A DNA stretch of 20,000 bases from an uncultured virus (IMG/VR IMGVR_UViG_3300025433_000003) (Duplodnaviria; Heunggongvirae; Uroviricota; Caudoviricetes): the IMG/VR virus record IMGVR_UViG_3300025433_000003, one strand, 5' to 3'. Positions 8,970 through 16,747 of this stretch are shown here, piece after piece (positions within the stretch are counted from its first letter, which is position 1; each line of letters begins with the position of its first letter). Position numbers and translations under genes: made by a program. The notes under the pieces are model-generated. The model saw only the letters and a program-made list of their open reading frames with translations. It ran no database searches and was not told the origin of the DNA.

Positions 8970-8981
8970 AGGAGAAGTGAA

Positions 8982-9530
8982 TTGACTTTTGGGATTGAGA
9001 ATAAGTGGCTCTTTGGGATTGGATATATTGCTTCCATTATACTTGGAAATTTTCTCGTAGTATGGTTTGGGATTATTCAGGTTGGACCGTTTGTATTCCC
9101 CTGTGGTGCGGTTGCTATAGGCCTAACATTCAGTCTTAGAGATTTTGTCCAAAGGGAATTTGGACATCGTGTGTGGTATTTCATGATTGTTAGTACAATT
9201 ATTACAGCATTGATGAGTTTTGTTATGGTTGATATGCCTATCCCTCCTTGGAAAGTCGCTCTTGCCTCGAGCGTTGCATTTATGGCCAGCGAATTTATCG
9301 ATTGGTTAGTTTATACAATAATGAAGAAAGATATTGTATGGAGAATTACAGTAAGCAATTTGTTTAGCACTCCTATCGATTCAATACTATTTGTCGGAAT
9401 CGCCTTCGGATCGTTTAACTTTCTTGCACCTCCGGTTTGGGGGCAAGCTGTCGTGAAGTATGCCAGTGGACTATTAGTACTCCCGTTCATTATTTATATG
9501 CGTAGAAAGTGTGCTGTAGTTAAAGATTGA
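8982..9530 (+). CDS. VUT-family (YhhQ-like, queuosine-precursor) membrane transporter
   Basis: Several hydrophobic helices; motifs GLTFSLRDFVQREFG, ALASSVAFMASEFIDWLVY, SNLFSTPIDSILFVGIAF. AAGGAG plus TTG start. Confidence 0.8.
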   Translation: MTFGIENKWLFGIGYIASIILGNFLVVWFGIIQVGPFVFPCGAVAIGLTFSLRDFVQREFGHRVWYFMIVSTIITALMSFVMVDMPIPPWKVALASSVAFMASEFIDWLVYTIMKKDIVWRITVSNLFSTPIDSILFVGIAFGSFNFLAPPVWGQAVVKYASGLLVLPFIIYMRRKCAVVKD

Positions 9531-9593
9531 TTATTTTTGGCCTCGGCGGTTTTTGAATAGCCTTTAGATTACTTCAGCAGAATTTAAGATTCA

Positions 9594-9664
9594 TTAAAAA
9601 ATCATTAAGATTGCTCTAGAATATATTAATTCTAAAGCAATTTTAATCGTTTATTTTGTCTTAA
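9594..9664 (+). repeat. Direct repeat copy 1 (hairpin-containing), upstream of the HNH gene
   Basis: TTAAAAAATCATTAAGATTGCTCTAGAA..TTCTAAAGCAATTTTAATCGTTTATTTTGTCTTAA aligns end to end with 10667-10735. Confidence 0.85.
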
Positions 9665-9740
9665 TATTCTATGATTTAAGTAGATGAATAATGTATATTC
9701 ATTGTAATTAAAATTATTTAATAAATTATGGAGAAGTATT

Positions 9741-10664
9741 ATGAGTAGAAAAAGATTGGATCGAATAGGAGAGATTAATGAAAGTAATAATCATGGAACA
9801 ATGAAAATAAACAAATATCATAATGCCCGCAATATTGAAGTTAAGTTTAAAAATACTGGGAATATAACAAAAACTACTTATTCTGCGTTTAGATGTGGAA
9901 ATGTAACAGATTCAATAGGTTGGAAAAGTCGTAGAACTGGACAAATTCAAGAAAGTAATAAATACGGATTAATGGAGATAGTTGAATATAATCGTGCATC
10001 AGATATAAAAGTTAAATTTATTAATACTGGAGCAATAGTAACGTCGACTTATAGAAGATTTGATGAGGATTGTATAAAAGACCCTTTGCACAAAGAAGTT
10101 TGTGGAGTAGGGTGTTTTGGAATAGGTAACCATCAAGACCCAGTCATATATACAATGTGGTCAAATATGGTTCATAGATGTTATAACCCATATACTATGA
10201 ATAAAAACCAAAACCTAGGATATATTAATGTACATATATGTAAAGAATGGTTAATATTCCAAGAATATTGCTCATGGTATATTGATAATTATTATAGTAT
10301 TCCTGGCGAAATTATGACTATGGATAAAGATATTATTTTAAAAAATAATAAAACATATTCTCCAAAATTCTGCTGCATAGTCCCAAATTCTATAAATTTA
10401 CTTATGATTACTAAAAGTAGATCTCGTGGGAAATATCCTATTGGAGTATATTCTAATCAAAATTCAAACGGTTATACTGCATTATTATGTATTGATGGTA
10501 AACAAAACTTTCTTGGGAATTACAACACACCAGAAAAAGCGTTCAATGTGTATAAAATCGCAAAAGAGAACAATATCAAAAGAATGGCAGACAAATACAA
10601 AGAGTGGTTACCACAAAATGTTTATGAAACTCTCTACAATTATCAAGTAGAAATTACTGATTAA
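9741..10664 (+). CDS. Free-standing HNH-family homing endonuclease with duplicated N-terminal domain and C-terminal AP2-like domain
   Basis: WSNMVHRCY, CKEW..FQ, MDKDII..N..YSP..CC.VP..IN (phage HNH variant). AP2-like GVY..YTA..GKQNFLG.Y.TPEKAF. Two ~50-aa N-terminal repeats. Confidence 0.8.
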   Translation: MSRKRLDRIGEINESNNHGTMKINKYHNARNIEVKFKNTGNITKTTYSAFRCGNVTDSIGWKSRRTGQIQESNKYGLMEIVEYNRASDIKVKFINTGAIVTSTYRRFDEDCIKDPLHKEVCGVGCFGIGNHQDPVIYTMWSNMVHRCYNPYTMNKNQNLGYINVHICKEWLIFQEYCSWYIDNYYSIPGEIMTMDKDIILKNNKTYSPKFCCIVPNSINLLMITKSRSRGKYPIGVYSNQNSNGYTALLCIDGKQNFLGNYNTPEKAFNVYKIAKENNIKRMADKYKEWLPQNVYETLYNYQVEITD

Positions 10665-10666
10665 CT

Positions 10667-10735
10667 TTAAAAAATCATTAAGACTGCTCTAGAATTTGTT
10701 TTCTAGAGTGGTTTTAATCATTTATTTTGACTTAA
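10667..10735 (+). repeat. Direct repeat copy 2 (hairpin-containing, terminator-like), downstream of the HNH gene
   Basis: TTAAAAAATCATTAAGACTGCTCTAGAA..TTCTAGAGTGGTTTTAATCATTTATTTTGACTTAA. Confidence 0.85.
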
Positions 10736-10775
10736 AATCATATTCAATAATCATATCATATAAGGAAAATAGAAA

Positions 10776-12554
10776 ATGACAACAAAATCACATTTAATGT
10801 CGAATTGGAATCTAGAAAAAGTTTATGAAGAATTAGCTAAAGATGGTGTCCGAATATTTGATAAGTACTCCTATGTGCATCCAACTAAAACTGATAATAA
10901 ATCAATACGTTTATCGCTTGGACGAATTTGGTTTAACTGCTTGTTTCCCCAAGACTTCGATTTTGTGAACGAAAAAATACCGAAATCTGAATTAGATAAA
11001 ATATTCTCAAAAATTGCAAATAAATATCCTCCAGCGAAAGCAGCAGAGATACTTAATAGAGTACAAGTTGAAGCATTTAAAATGGCAACTTTAGAACCAA
11101 GATCAATGAGTACAGAGATGTTTGAACCTAGTGAAGAATGGACAGCAAAACAACAAGAATTTGTGAATAATGCAGATGATCTAACAGATAAACAATATGC
11201 TAAAAAGAAAAGTGATCTAATTGATGAACTTGAGAAAGAAATGCTTTCACTCGATGTTCCGTTTATGGAAGTACTCAATTCAGAAGCAACAGGAAAGATG
11301 AATAAAGGAACCTGGAGCATGATTTCTGTAAGTAAAGGAACAACAGCGGATATTGAAGGAAATGTTAGTCGTGTTAATAAGAGTTTGAATGATGGATATA
11401 ACATTAGAGAGTATTATACATGTGCGGCAGAAGCTAGAAATTCATTCTATGTTAAATCGACGGCTGTTCGGGAACCTGGGTACATGGCTCGTAAGGTGGT
11501 GATGGCATGTGCGAATATTAAACTATCTGAAGATGATTGTAAATCGACAAAATATCTTGAAATTTTTGTAGATAAAGGACGAGCAAAAACTTTACTAGGA
11601 AGATATCAATTAGTTAAAGGTAAACTTAAATTAATTGAATCTATTGATGAAATAGTAGGACAAAAAATAAAAATTAGATCTCCTTTCTATTGTAAGAGTA
11701 AAAATGGAATATGCAAAACTTGTTATGGTGAACTAAGTACTAAACTTGAAAATAAAAATATCGGTATACTTGCTGGTGGTGCCGTTAATGATTCATTAGT
11801 AAATTCGATGATGAAGATGAAACATCTCGCTGACAAGATTCAAATAGTTGATGTAGATTTTGTTAAATTAATTAAGGCATCGACTATTGCTGGTCCAGAA
11901 TTATCAGCAATTGTAAAAATTGAACCTCATCAACTAATTGCAAAGGATGATTTGATCATATCAATCGATCCGCACGAGTATAATGAAAAGACTCTTGTTG
12001 AATATAGTGATAAATATTTAGTTCCGGGGTTTGTGACTATGCAATATGGCGAAACTGAACCTGTATTTTATAATTTTCCATTCAATTTTGATGTTGATTT
12101 AATAAAACCTGATAACATTCGTATGAACCGTAGAATAATTAATCTTCATTATTCAGCTGGCGAAGTAATCATTCAAAAAGATAAATACATAAAGACTGTT
12201 AATCCTGGTATTGTGATAAAGATTCTTGACGGACAATGTCGTTTTACGTCCGACCCAAAGCTACTTCTTGATATGTTAATTGGTGAATTAGGAAAGACAG
12301 ATAGTTGCCATCTAGAAACTATCATATCTAATATGTTTCGAAGTGAAAAAGATAATAAAACACCTGCTCGATTGAATAATTATAAAGATGCTATCGTGAT
12401 TGGATGTAAACAACTTCCCCATATTGATTCTTGGGTGACGGGGTTAGCATTCGAAAACGTGAATAAATCAGTGATTAAAGGACTTGTGGATCAGAGCGAT
12501 GCATTAATGAACCCAATCGAAAAGATATTAATCCGAGAACAGTATAGGAAATGA
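10776..12554 (+). CDS. Multi-subunit RNA polymerase beta' subunit, C-terminal half (split subunit)
   Basis: Bridge helix EARNSFYVKSTAVREPGYMARKV, EDDC, Zn site IRSPFYC..GICKTCYG, trigger loop NIGILAG...MMKMKH, HLETIISNM, SWVTGLAFE. All are collinear with the RpoC C-terminus. No DFDGD catalytic motif. Confidence 0.9.
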   Translation: MTTKSHLMSNWNLEKVYEELAKDGVRIFDKYSYVHPTKTDNKSIRLSLGRIWFNCLFPQDFDFVNEKIPKSELDKIFSKIANKYPPAKAAEILNRVQVEAFKMATLEPRSMSTEMFEPSEEWTAKQQEFVNNADDLTDKQYAKKKSDLIDELEKEMLSLDVPFMEVLNSEATGKMNKGTWSMISVSKGTTADIEGNVSRVNKSLNDGYNIREYYTCAAEARNSFYVKSTAVREPGYMARKVVMACANIKLSEDDCKSTKYLEIFVDKGRAKTLLGRYQLVKGKLKLIESIDEIVGQKIKIRSPFYCKSKNGICKTCYGELSTKLENKNIGILAGGAVNDSLVNSMMKMKHLADKIQIVDVDFVKLIKASTIAGPELSAIVKIEPHQLIAKDDLIISIDPHEYNEKTLVEYSDKYLVPGFVTMQYGETEPVFYNFPFNFDVDLIKPDNIRMNRRIINLHYSAGEVIIQKDKYIKTVNPGIVIKILDGQCRFTSDPKLLLDMLIGELGKTDSCHLETIISNMFRSEKDNKTPARLNNYKDAIVIGCKQLPHIDSWVTGLAFENVNKSVIKGLVDQSDALMNPIEKILIREQYRK

Positions 12555-12596
12555 AAGAATTAATCGATATAATAAAAGAATTTCAGGATAAATAAT

Positions 12597-13055
12597 ATGA
12601 AAACTCTAAAAGGTAATATATTCGATTACATGGACCAAGGATACTTCGACGTAGTAGTCCAGGGAGCGAATTGTTTTAATACTCAAGGTGCTGGTATTGC
12701 CAAGCAATTCAAAGAAAAATATCCAGAAGTATTAAAAATTGATCAAACAACAAAGAAAGGTGACCGATCAAAACTTGGTGGATACACATACACAAACATA
12801 ACAACACCAACAAATCTTCGAATATCAGTAATTAATGCATATACTCAGTACCATTATGGAAAAGGATTGAAAGCAGATTACAATGCAATAAGAAGTGTGT
12901 TTAATTTAATATCACAAAATTTCAGTAAAGAAAGTCGTATTGGTTTTCCACAATTAGGAGCAGGACATGCGGGAGGTGATTGGCAAATAATATCAAAAAT
13001 TATCGATGAAGAACTAGAAGGATTTGACCATACTGTAGTCGTGTACAAAACATAA
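12597..13055 (+). CDS. Macro-domain protein (putative ADP-ribose-processing hydrolase)
   Basis: KGNIF, QGANCFNTQGAGIA, NAYTQ, FPQLGAGHAGGDW. Confidence 0.88.
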   Translation: MKTLKGNIFDYMDQGYFDVVVQGANCFNTQGAGIAKQFKEKYPEVLKIDQTTKKGDRSKLGGYTYTNITTPTNLRISVINAYTQYHYGKGLKADYNAIRSVFNLISQNFSKESRIGFPQLGAGHAGGDWQIISKIIDEELEGFDHTVVVYKT

Positions 13056-13081
13056 AACTTATTAAAATAGGAAATTTAAAA

Positions 13082-13321
13082 ATGATTAGTATTAAGGATC
13101 TATTTGAACAGAAAAACATTAAAGATCAGAAAGTCATCACTCCAATTGAAGGAGAAAATTTAGATAAACAAACTGGAAACGAACTTAAACCAATTCGTGG
13201 AATTGGTGGTAGAACTCCACGCAATACACGAGCTAATGTAAATATGAATGCTCAGAATGGTAAAGGTCCTCACGGAGTTGGTCGAATGAATCAAACTGAC
13301 AATTGTCGAGGGAATAAATAG
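13082..13321 (+). CDS. Small basic, probably disordered hypothetical protein (79 aa)
   Basis: AGGA RBS; co-oriented ORF ending just before the terminator. Confidence 0.6.
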   Translation: MISIKDLFEQKNIKDQKVITPIEGENLDKQTGNELKPIRGIGGRTPRNTRANVNMNAQNGKGPHGVGRMNQTDNCRGNK

Positions 13322-13330
13322 AAAAAATAT

Positions 13331-13368
13331 AATATTACTCACAGACAATTAAGTCTGTGAGTAATATT
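13331..13368. terminator. Bidirectional terminator between convergent genes
   Basis: Perfect 16-bp stem AATATTACTCACAGAC-AATTAA-GTCTGTGAGTAATATT with flanking A and T tracts. Confidence 0.8.
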
Positions 13369-13371
13369 TTT

Positions 13372-14133
13372 TTATTTCTCCTGTTCTTGGTGTTCCTGAC
13401 ACCATTTAAACTGTTTTGGAGACAAATAGTCTCTCATAAATTCTATTGCACCACCCGGTTCTAACTCAATACAATAATTAAATAGTTCAGGGGTAAACAA
13501 TTTGCTTGCATATTTAAATGCGTTTTTCGGATCTGTCTGAGCACAATGTTCGAATTGTTCTTTTGATAATAGTTCTAAAACGAACATAAATGCTTCTTTT
13601 GGACACTTATATACACACCATTCAAATAATTCTGGTGTCAACATTTTAGAAGAGTATGTAATCCATTCATGAGCATAACATATTGTTTGTGTTGGTGCTT
13701 GTTTGACACACCATTCAAATAATTCTGGTGTCAATAATTCCGAAGTCCGTGAGTTTGGAAGGGACATTATAACTTTTTTTGGTTCTTCTCGAGCACATCT
13801 CTCAAATTGTTTTAAAGTTAATAAACTATTCGCATATTCAATAACAGTTCCAGGAATTTCTTGAATACATGTTTCTAATTGTTCTGGAGTTAATAACTCG
13901 GTTGAAAAAATTACTGCATCAATTAGATCTTCACTTATACACCAATTCAGCAATTCAAATTTACTGATGTCAATGTCTATGGAGGTTAACCATAATATGT
14001 ATTCTGGAACTGTGTTTTCTTTAGTTAGTTCATGATTAAGAACTTTTTCTCCCCATATAATTCCTTCTTTACAAGCACCATTCTTAATTGAGTCGTCTAT
14101 AATTTTTTGTGTGATTTTAAAAGACATGTTCAT
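13372..14133 (-). CDS. Tandem helical-repeat protein (~25-aa repeats LLTPExFExCxxxxP)
   Basis: Seven clear repeats. N-terminal GACKEGIIW..YILWL segment. Exact 29-bp DNA duplication at 13613-13641 and 13706-13734. Confidence 0.8.
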   Translation of the reverse strand: MNMSFKITQKIIDDSIKNGACKEGIIWGEKVLNHELTKENTVPEYILWLTSIDIDISKFELLNWCISEDLIDAVIFSTELLTPEQLETCIQEIPGTVIEYANSLLTLKQFERCAREEPKKVIMSLPNSRTSELLTPELFEWCVKQAPTQTICYAHEWITYSSKMLTPELFEWCVYKCPKEAFMFVLELLSKEQFEHCAQTDPKNAFKYASKLFTPELFNYCIELEPGGAIEFMRDYLSPKQFKWCQEHQEQEK

Positions 14134-14142
14134 TTTCCTTAA

Positions 14143-14449
14143 TTAAAGGTTAATGATTTTTTCATCTATTTGAATAAAATTATTGTCAGGGTCTGTATCG
14201 GACCATTCACCTATCTTCTGTCCTGTAATTACTCTAATATCCCCGTGTCTTGGAGTATCATATCCAGCTAGGTCACCATACATTATAGTATCTTTTATAT
14301 GACGATGTCTAGGGATAAAAACTACTTTGTCTCCTATAGCATTTTCTGCTTTTTTAATACGATATTTCTTGGTATTAATCTTTGTTCTTACAGATTTTTT
14401 TTATTGAACCAACAGTCGTGTTAAATTGAACCGTAATTTCAATTTTCAT
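14143..14449 (-). pseudogene. Frameshifted hypothetical gene (101 aa if one A is removed), paralogue of the adjacent gene
   Basis: AAGGAG RBS plus ATG 14449. An A8 tract (14395-14402) shifts the frame; the downstream frame is open to TAA 14143 and aligns with the C-terminus of 14462-14845. Confidence 0.7.
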
Positions 14450-14461
14450 AATATCTCCTTT

Positions 14462-14861
14462 TTAAATATTAATTCGTTTATCGTTAATAACAACAAAGTT
14501 ATCTGATCGGGCAATGTTATTAAATTCACCAACCTTCAATCCGTCTCGATATCGACAAATGTTTCCATGAACTGGATTGTCTTTTGTATCACGATAGGAT
14601 GCAATAAACAACACCTTTTCTTTTAATAATTCTTGTGCTTTTGCTAATCGAGTTAGCATTGTTGAAGGTTTTGAATCCTTCTTCGGTGTATCCAAAACAT
14701 CTAACGATTGTGTTTCCGCAAATTTCTTACCAGCTGAATATCCTTTATTATAATAGATATTTTTAAGATAACTGATTAAAATATTAATGTCTTCCGAACT
14801 TTCAATGTCTATATCATATCTTTCTTTTACTCTTTTCTGAAACACTTAATTTCTTCATCAT
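14462..14861 (-). CDS. Hypothetical protein, probably frameshifted near the start
   Basis: The RBS-linked ATG (14861) is one base out of frame with the long ORF 14845-14462. Deleting one A in GAAAAGAG gives MMKKLSVSERVKERYD... Confidence 0.6.
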
Positions 14862-14919
14862 TTTAAATCTCCTTCAACAAGTTTATAGTATTTTGTGACT
14901 GGAATATAATCAGATAACC

Positions 14920-14944
14920 CACAGACAATTAAGTCTATGAGTAA
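14920..14944. repeat. Second, degenerate copy of the 13331-13368 hairpin
   Basis: CACAGACAATTAAGTCTATGAGTAA matches 13340-13364 at 24 of 25 positions. Confidence 0.8.
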
Positions 14945-14957
14945 ATCTTTTTATTTT

Positions 14958-15239
14958 TTAAAAATGTTGACATTCCGAATCACAACTGTCAATGTTCATA
15001 CAATCAATGTTCCCACAATAGTATCCATACGGACACATATTTATTGTATCTTCTTCAAGATACAATATTTTATTTTGAACTTCTTTTTCGGTCCCATTAA
15101 AAAATGGGATCAATACTCTTTCATTTGGGAGTGTTGAACACCCATTCCTTGCTTCAATTATTTTCTCAATATTATCTGTATTGAGAAAATAATGACATTG
15201 CCCGTTCGTATCCACAGTAATTATCCAAGTTTTACTCAT
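14958..15239 (-). CDS. Hypothetical protein with Cys-rich C-terminus (93 aa)
   Basis: AAGGAG RBS; tail CPYGYYCGNIDCMNIDSCDSEC. Confidence 0.7.
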   Translation of the reverse strand: MSKTWIITVDTNGQCHYFLNTDNIEKIIEARNGCSTLPNERVLIPFFNGTEKEVQNKILYLEEDTINMCPYGYYCGNIDCMNIDSCDSECQHF

Positions 15240-15301
15240 TTTTAGTTCTCCTTAATTAACAGTAAATTAAAATCAAAAAAAATTATATAACTTAATGTTA
15301 T

Positions 15302-15312
15302 TATTTATATAT
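15302..15312 (-). promoter_or_regulatory. Candidate promoter motif ATATATAAATA
   Basis: Lies in a divergent intergenic region, about 60 bp upstream of the minus-strand gene block. Confidence 0.45.
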
Positions 15313-15342
15313 CAAATCATTCAATATTAAAAGGTGGTAAAT

Positions 15343-15903
15343 GTGGTTGAAAATAAGAAAACTCGTCCAACCAATCAAAAGAGGAAAGGAGGTTGTTTCG
15401 AGAGGAAGGTAGCGAAACAACTTGCTAATTGGATGTTTAATGATCCGGATTTCATAAAGAGACATCCGACGTCTGGAGCTGATAAGAGTATATTTTGTGG
15501 TGATGTAATGCCTATGAAACAAATACCTATTGACGGATGGCAACAACATTTTCCGTTCGTAGTTGAATGTAAGTCTGGATATCCACAACATTCTCCTGAT
15601 TTTTGGAGACACACCCAAGTAGATACATGGTTTAAAAAAGCTTATGAAGAAGGACAAATAAACAATCAACCAATTGTACTTTTGATTTGTCAGTTCAAAC
15701 ATAAACAAGCATTATTCATGACTAATTATATGATCGACGTTGACAAAGCAATGTTCGATGTTGCATTTCCAGTTCAAATGAATGGAAATACTCATTATGT
15801 GTATAGTTATATTTTCAATGAATTATTAAAGAAGAATTTTCACACATTATTTTCGATTGAGAAAATAATGTGTGAAAATTGTGGATTAAAAAAAGGAGAA
15901 TAA
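15343..15903 (+). CDS. PD-(D/E)XK nuclease, Holliday-junction-resolvase-like
   Basis: KRKGGCFERKVAKQL, R.PTSGA, GDV and VECKS motifs. GTG 15343 follows AAGGTGGT (the track start is 15334). Confidence 0.75.
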   Translation: MVENKKTRPTNQKRKGGCFERKVAKQLANWMFNDPDFIKRHPTSGADKSIFCGDVMPMKQIPIDGWQQHFPFVVECKSGYPQHSPDFWRHTQVDTWFKKAYEEGQINNQPIVLLICQFKHKQALFMTNYMIDVDKAMFDVAFPVQMNGNTHYVYSYIFNELLKKNFHTLFSIEKIMCENCGLKKGE

Positions 15904-15904
15904 T

Positions 15905-16114
15905 ATGTTATTTGAGATAGGTAAATGCTATAAACATATAACTGGTGTTAGGATGAAAATACTTTGTGAAGCAGAGACAACACAGTGGGGAAATACTCTT
16001 ATTGCTGAAGAAGGAAAACATGGTCATGGATTAATTTCTGTAGCTAACGATATTGACTGTAATGTTAACTGAATTGAAATAACAGAAGACGAATGGATGA
16101 CTAACTTTTCTTAG
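15905..16114 (+). pseudogene. Small hypothetical gene with an in-frame TGA at 16070-16072 (55 aa, or 69 aa if read through)
   Basis: AAGGAG RBS; translates MLFEIGKCYKH...DCNVN*IEITEDEWMTNFS-TAG. Confidence 0.5.
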
Positions 16115-16185
16115 CTTTCCCTGTTCTATAGGTTTATTTTATTTATTTTTGGCCTCGGCAGATTCTGATGATTCAGCAAAAATAA

Positions 16186-16218
16186 AAAATTAACCCAACA
16201 AAAAGTTGAGTTAATTTT
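16186..16218. terminator. Bidirectional terminator-like hairpin between convergent genes
   Basis: AAAATTAACCCAAC-AAAAA-GTTGAGTTAATTTT with one mismatch. Confidence 0.6.
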
Positions 16219-16227
16219 GTTGTTAGA

Positions 16228-16617
16228 TTACCAAGAAATTACCCAATAACTAGTATTAGGAATTTCTGGTGTATTGTCATGAAATTGGGCTACGTACCCA
16301 TTTTCTTGTAATCGTTCAATTGCAAGATTAAGTAATGAAGTTAGTGGTGGTGGTTCAATCCCCTGAAACGGGATCAATTGAAACTTTCCAACTTCACATA
16401 GAGTTTTAATCTGCTCATAAATTGGATCCGTCAATTCTTCAACCTGGCGTTTTACAACCAGATTTGTTGCCTTTCTCGAAAGAGTAGCATTGTTTTTTGC
16501 TGACTTCTTTGTGTGCTTTACAATTTTCTTTTTTTCCAGTGGTTTATTCTCTTCGAGTTTGTTGTCAATCATTGTCTCATTTTCTTCAATTACTACTTTC
16601 TCTGTCTTCTTAGCCAT
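16228..16617 (-). CDS. Hypothetical protein with Lys-rich N-terminal half (129 aa)
   Basis: AAGGAG RBS; candidate promoter upstream and terminator downstream. Confidence 0.75.
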   Translation of the reverse strand: MAKKTEKVVIEENETMIDNKLEENKPLEKKKIVKHTKKSAKNNATLSRKATNLVVKRQVEELTDPIYEQIKTLCEVGKFQLIPFQGIEPPPLTSLLNLAIERLQENGYVAQFHDNTPEIPNTSYWVISW

Positions 16618-16680
16618 TTTTCAATCTCCTTTTAGAATGAATTAAAACAAAATAAACCGTTTGTGTTAAGCTACTTATGA

Positions 16681-16691
16681 TATTTATATAT
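16681..16691 (-). promoter_or_regulatory. Candidate promoter motif ATATATAAATA
   Basis: Lies in a divergent intergenic region, about 63 bp upstream of ATG 16617. Confidence 0.45.
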
Positions 16692-16747
16692 TAAATAATC
16701 GAATATCATATTAAACCGCAATAATAACCCATAATGAGGTATAAAAC

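Noticed and set aside
9594..10735. Group I intron around the HNH gene splitting beta'
   Set aside because: No P/Q/R/S elements flank the HNH gene, the upstream gene is the VUT transporter, and the beta' piece has its own RBS and ATG.
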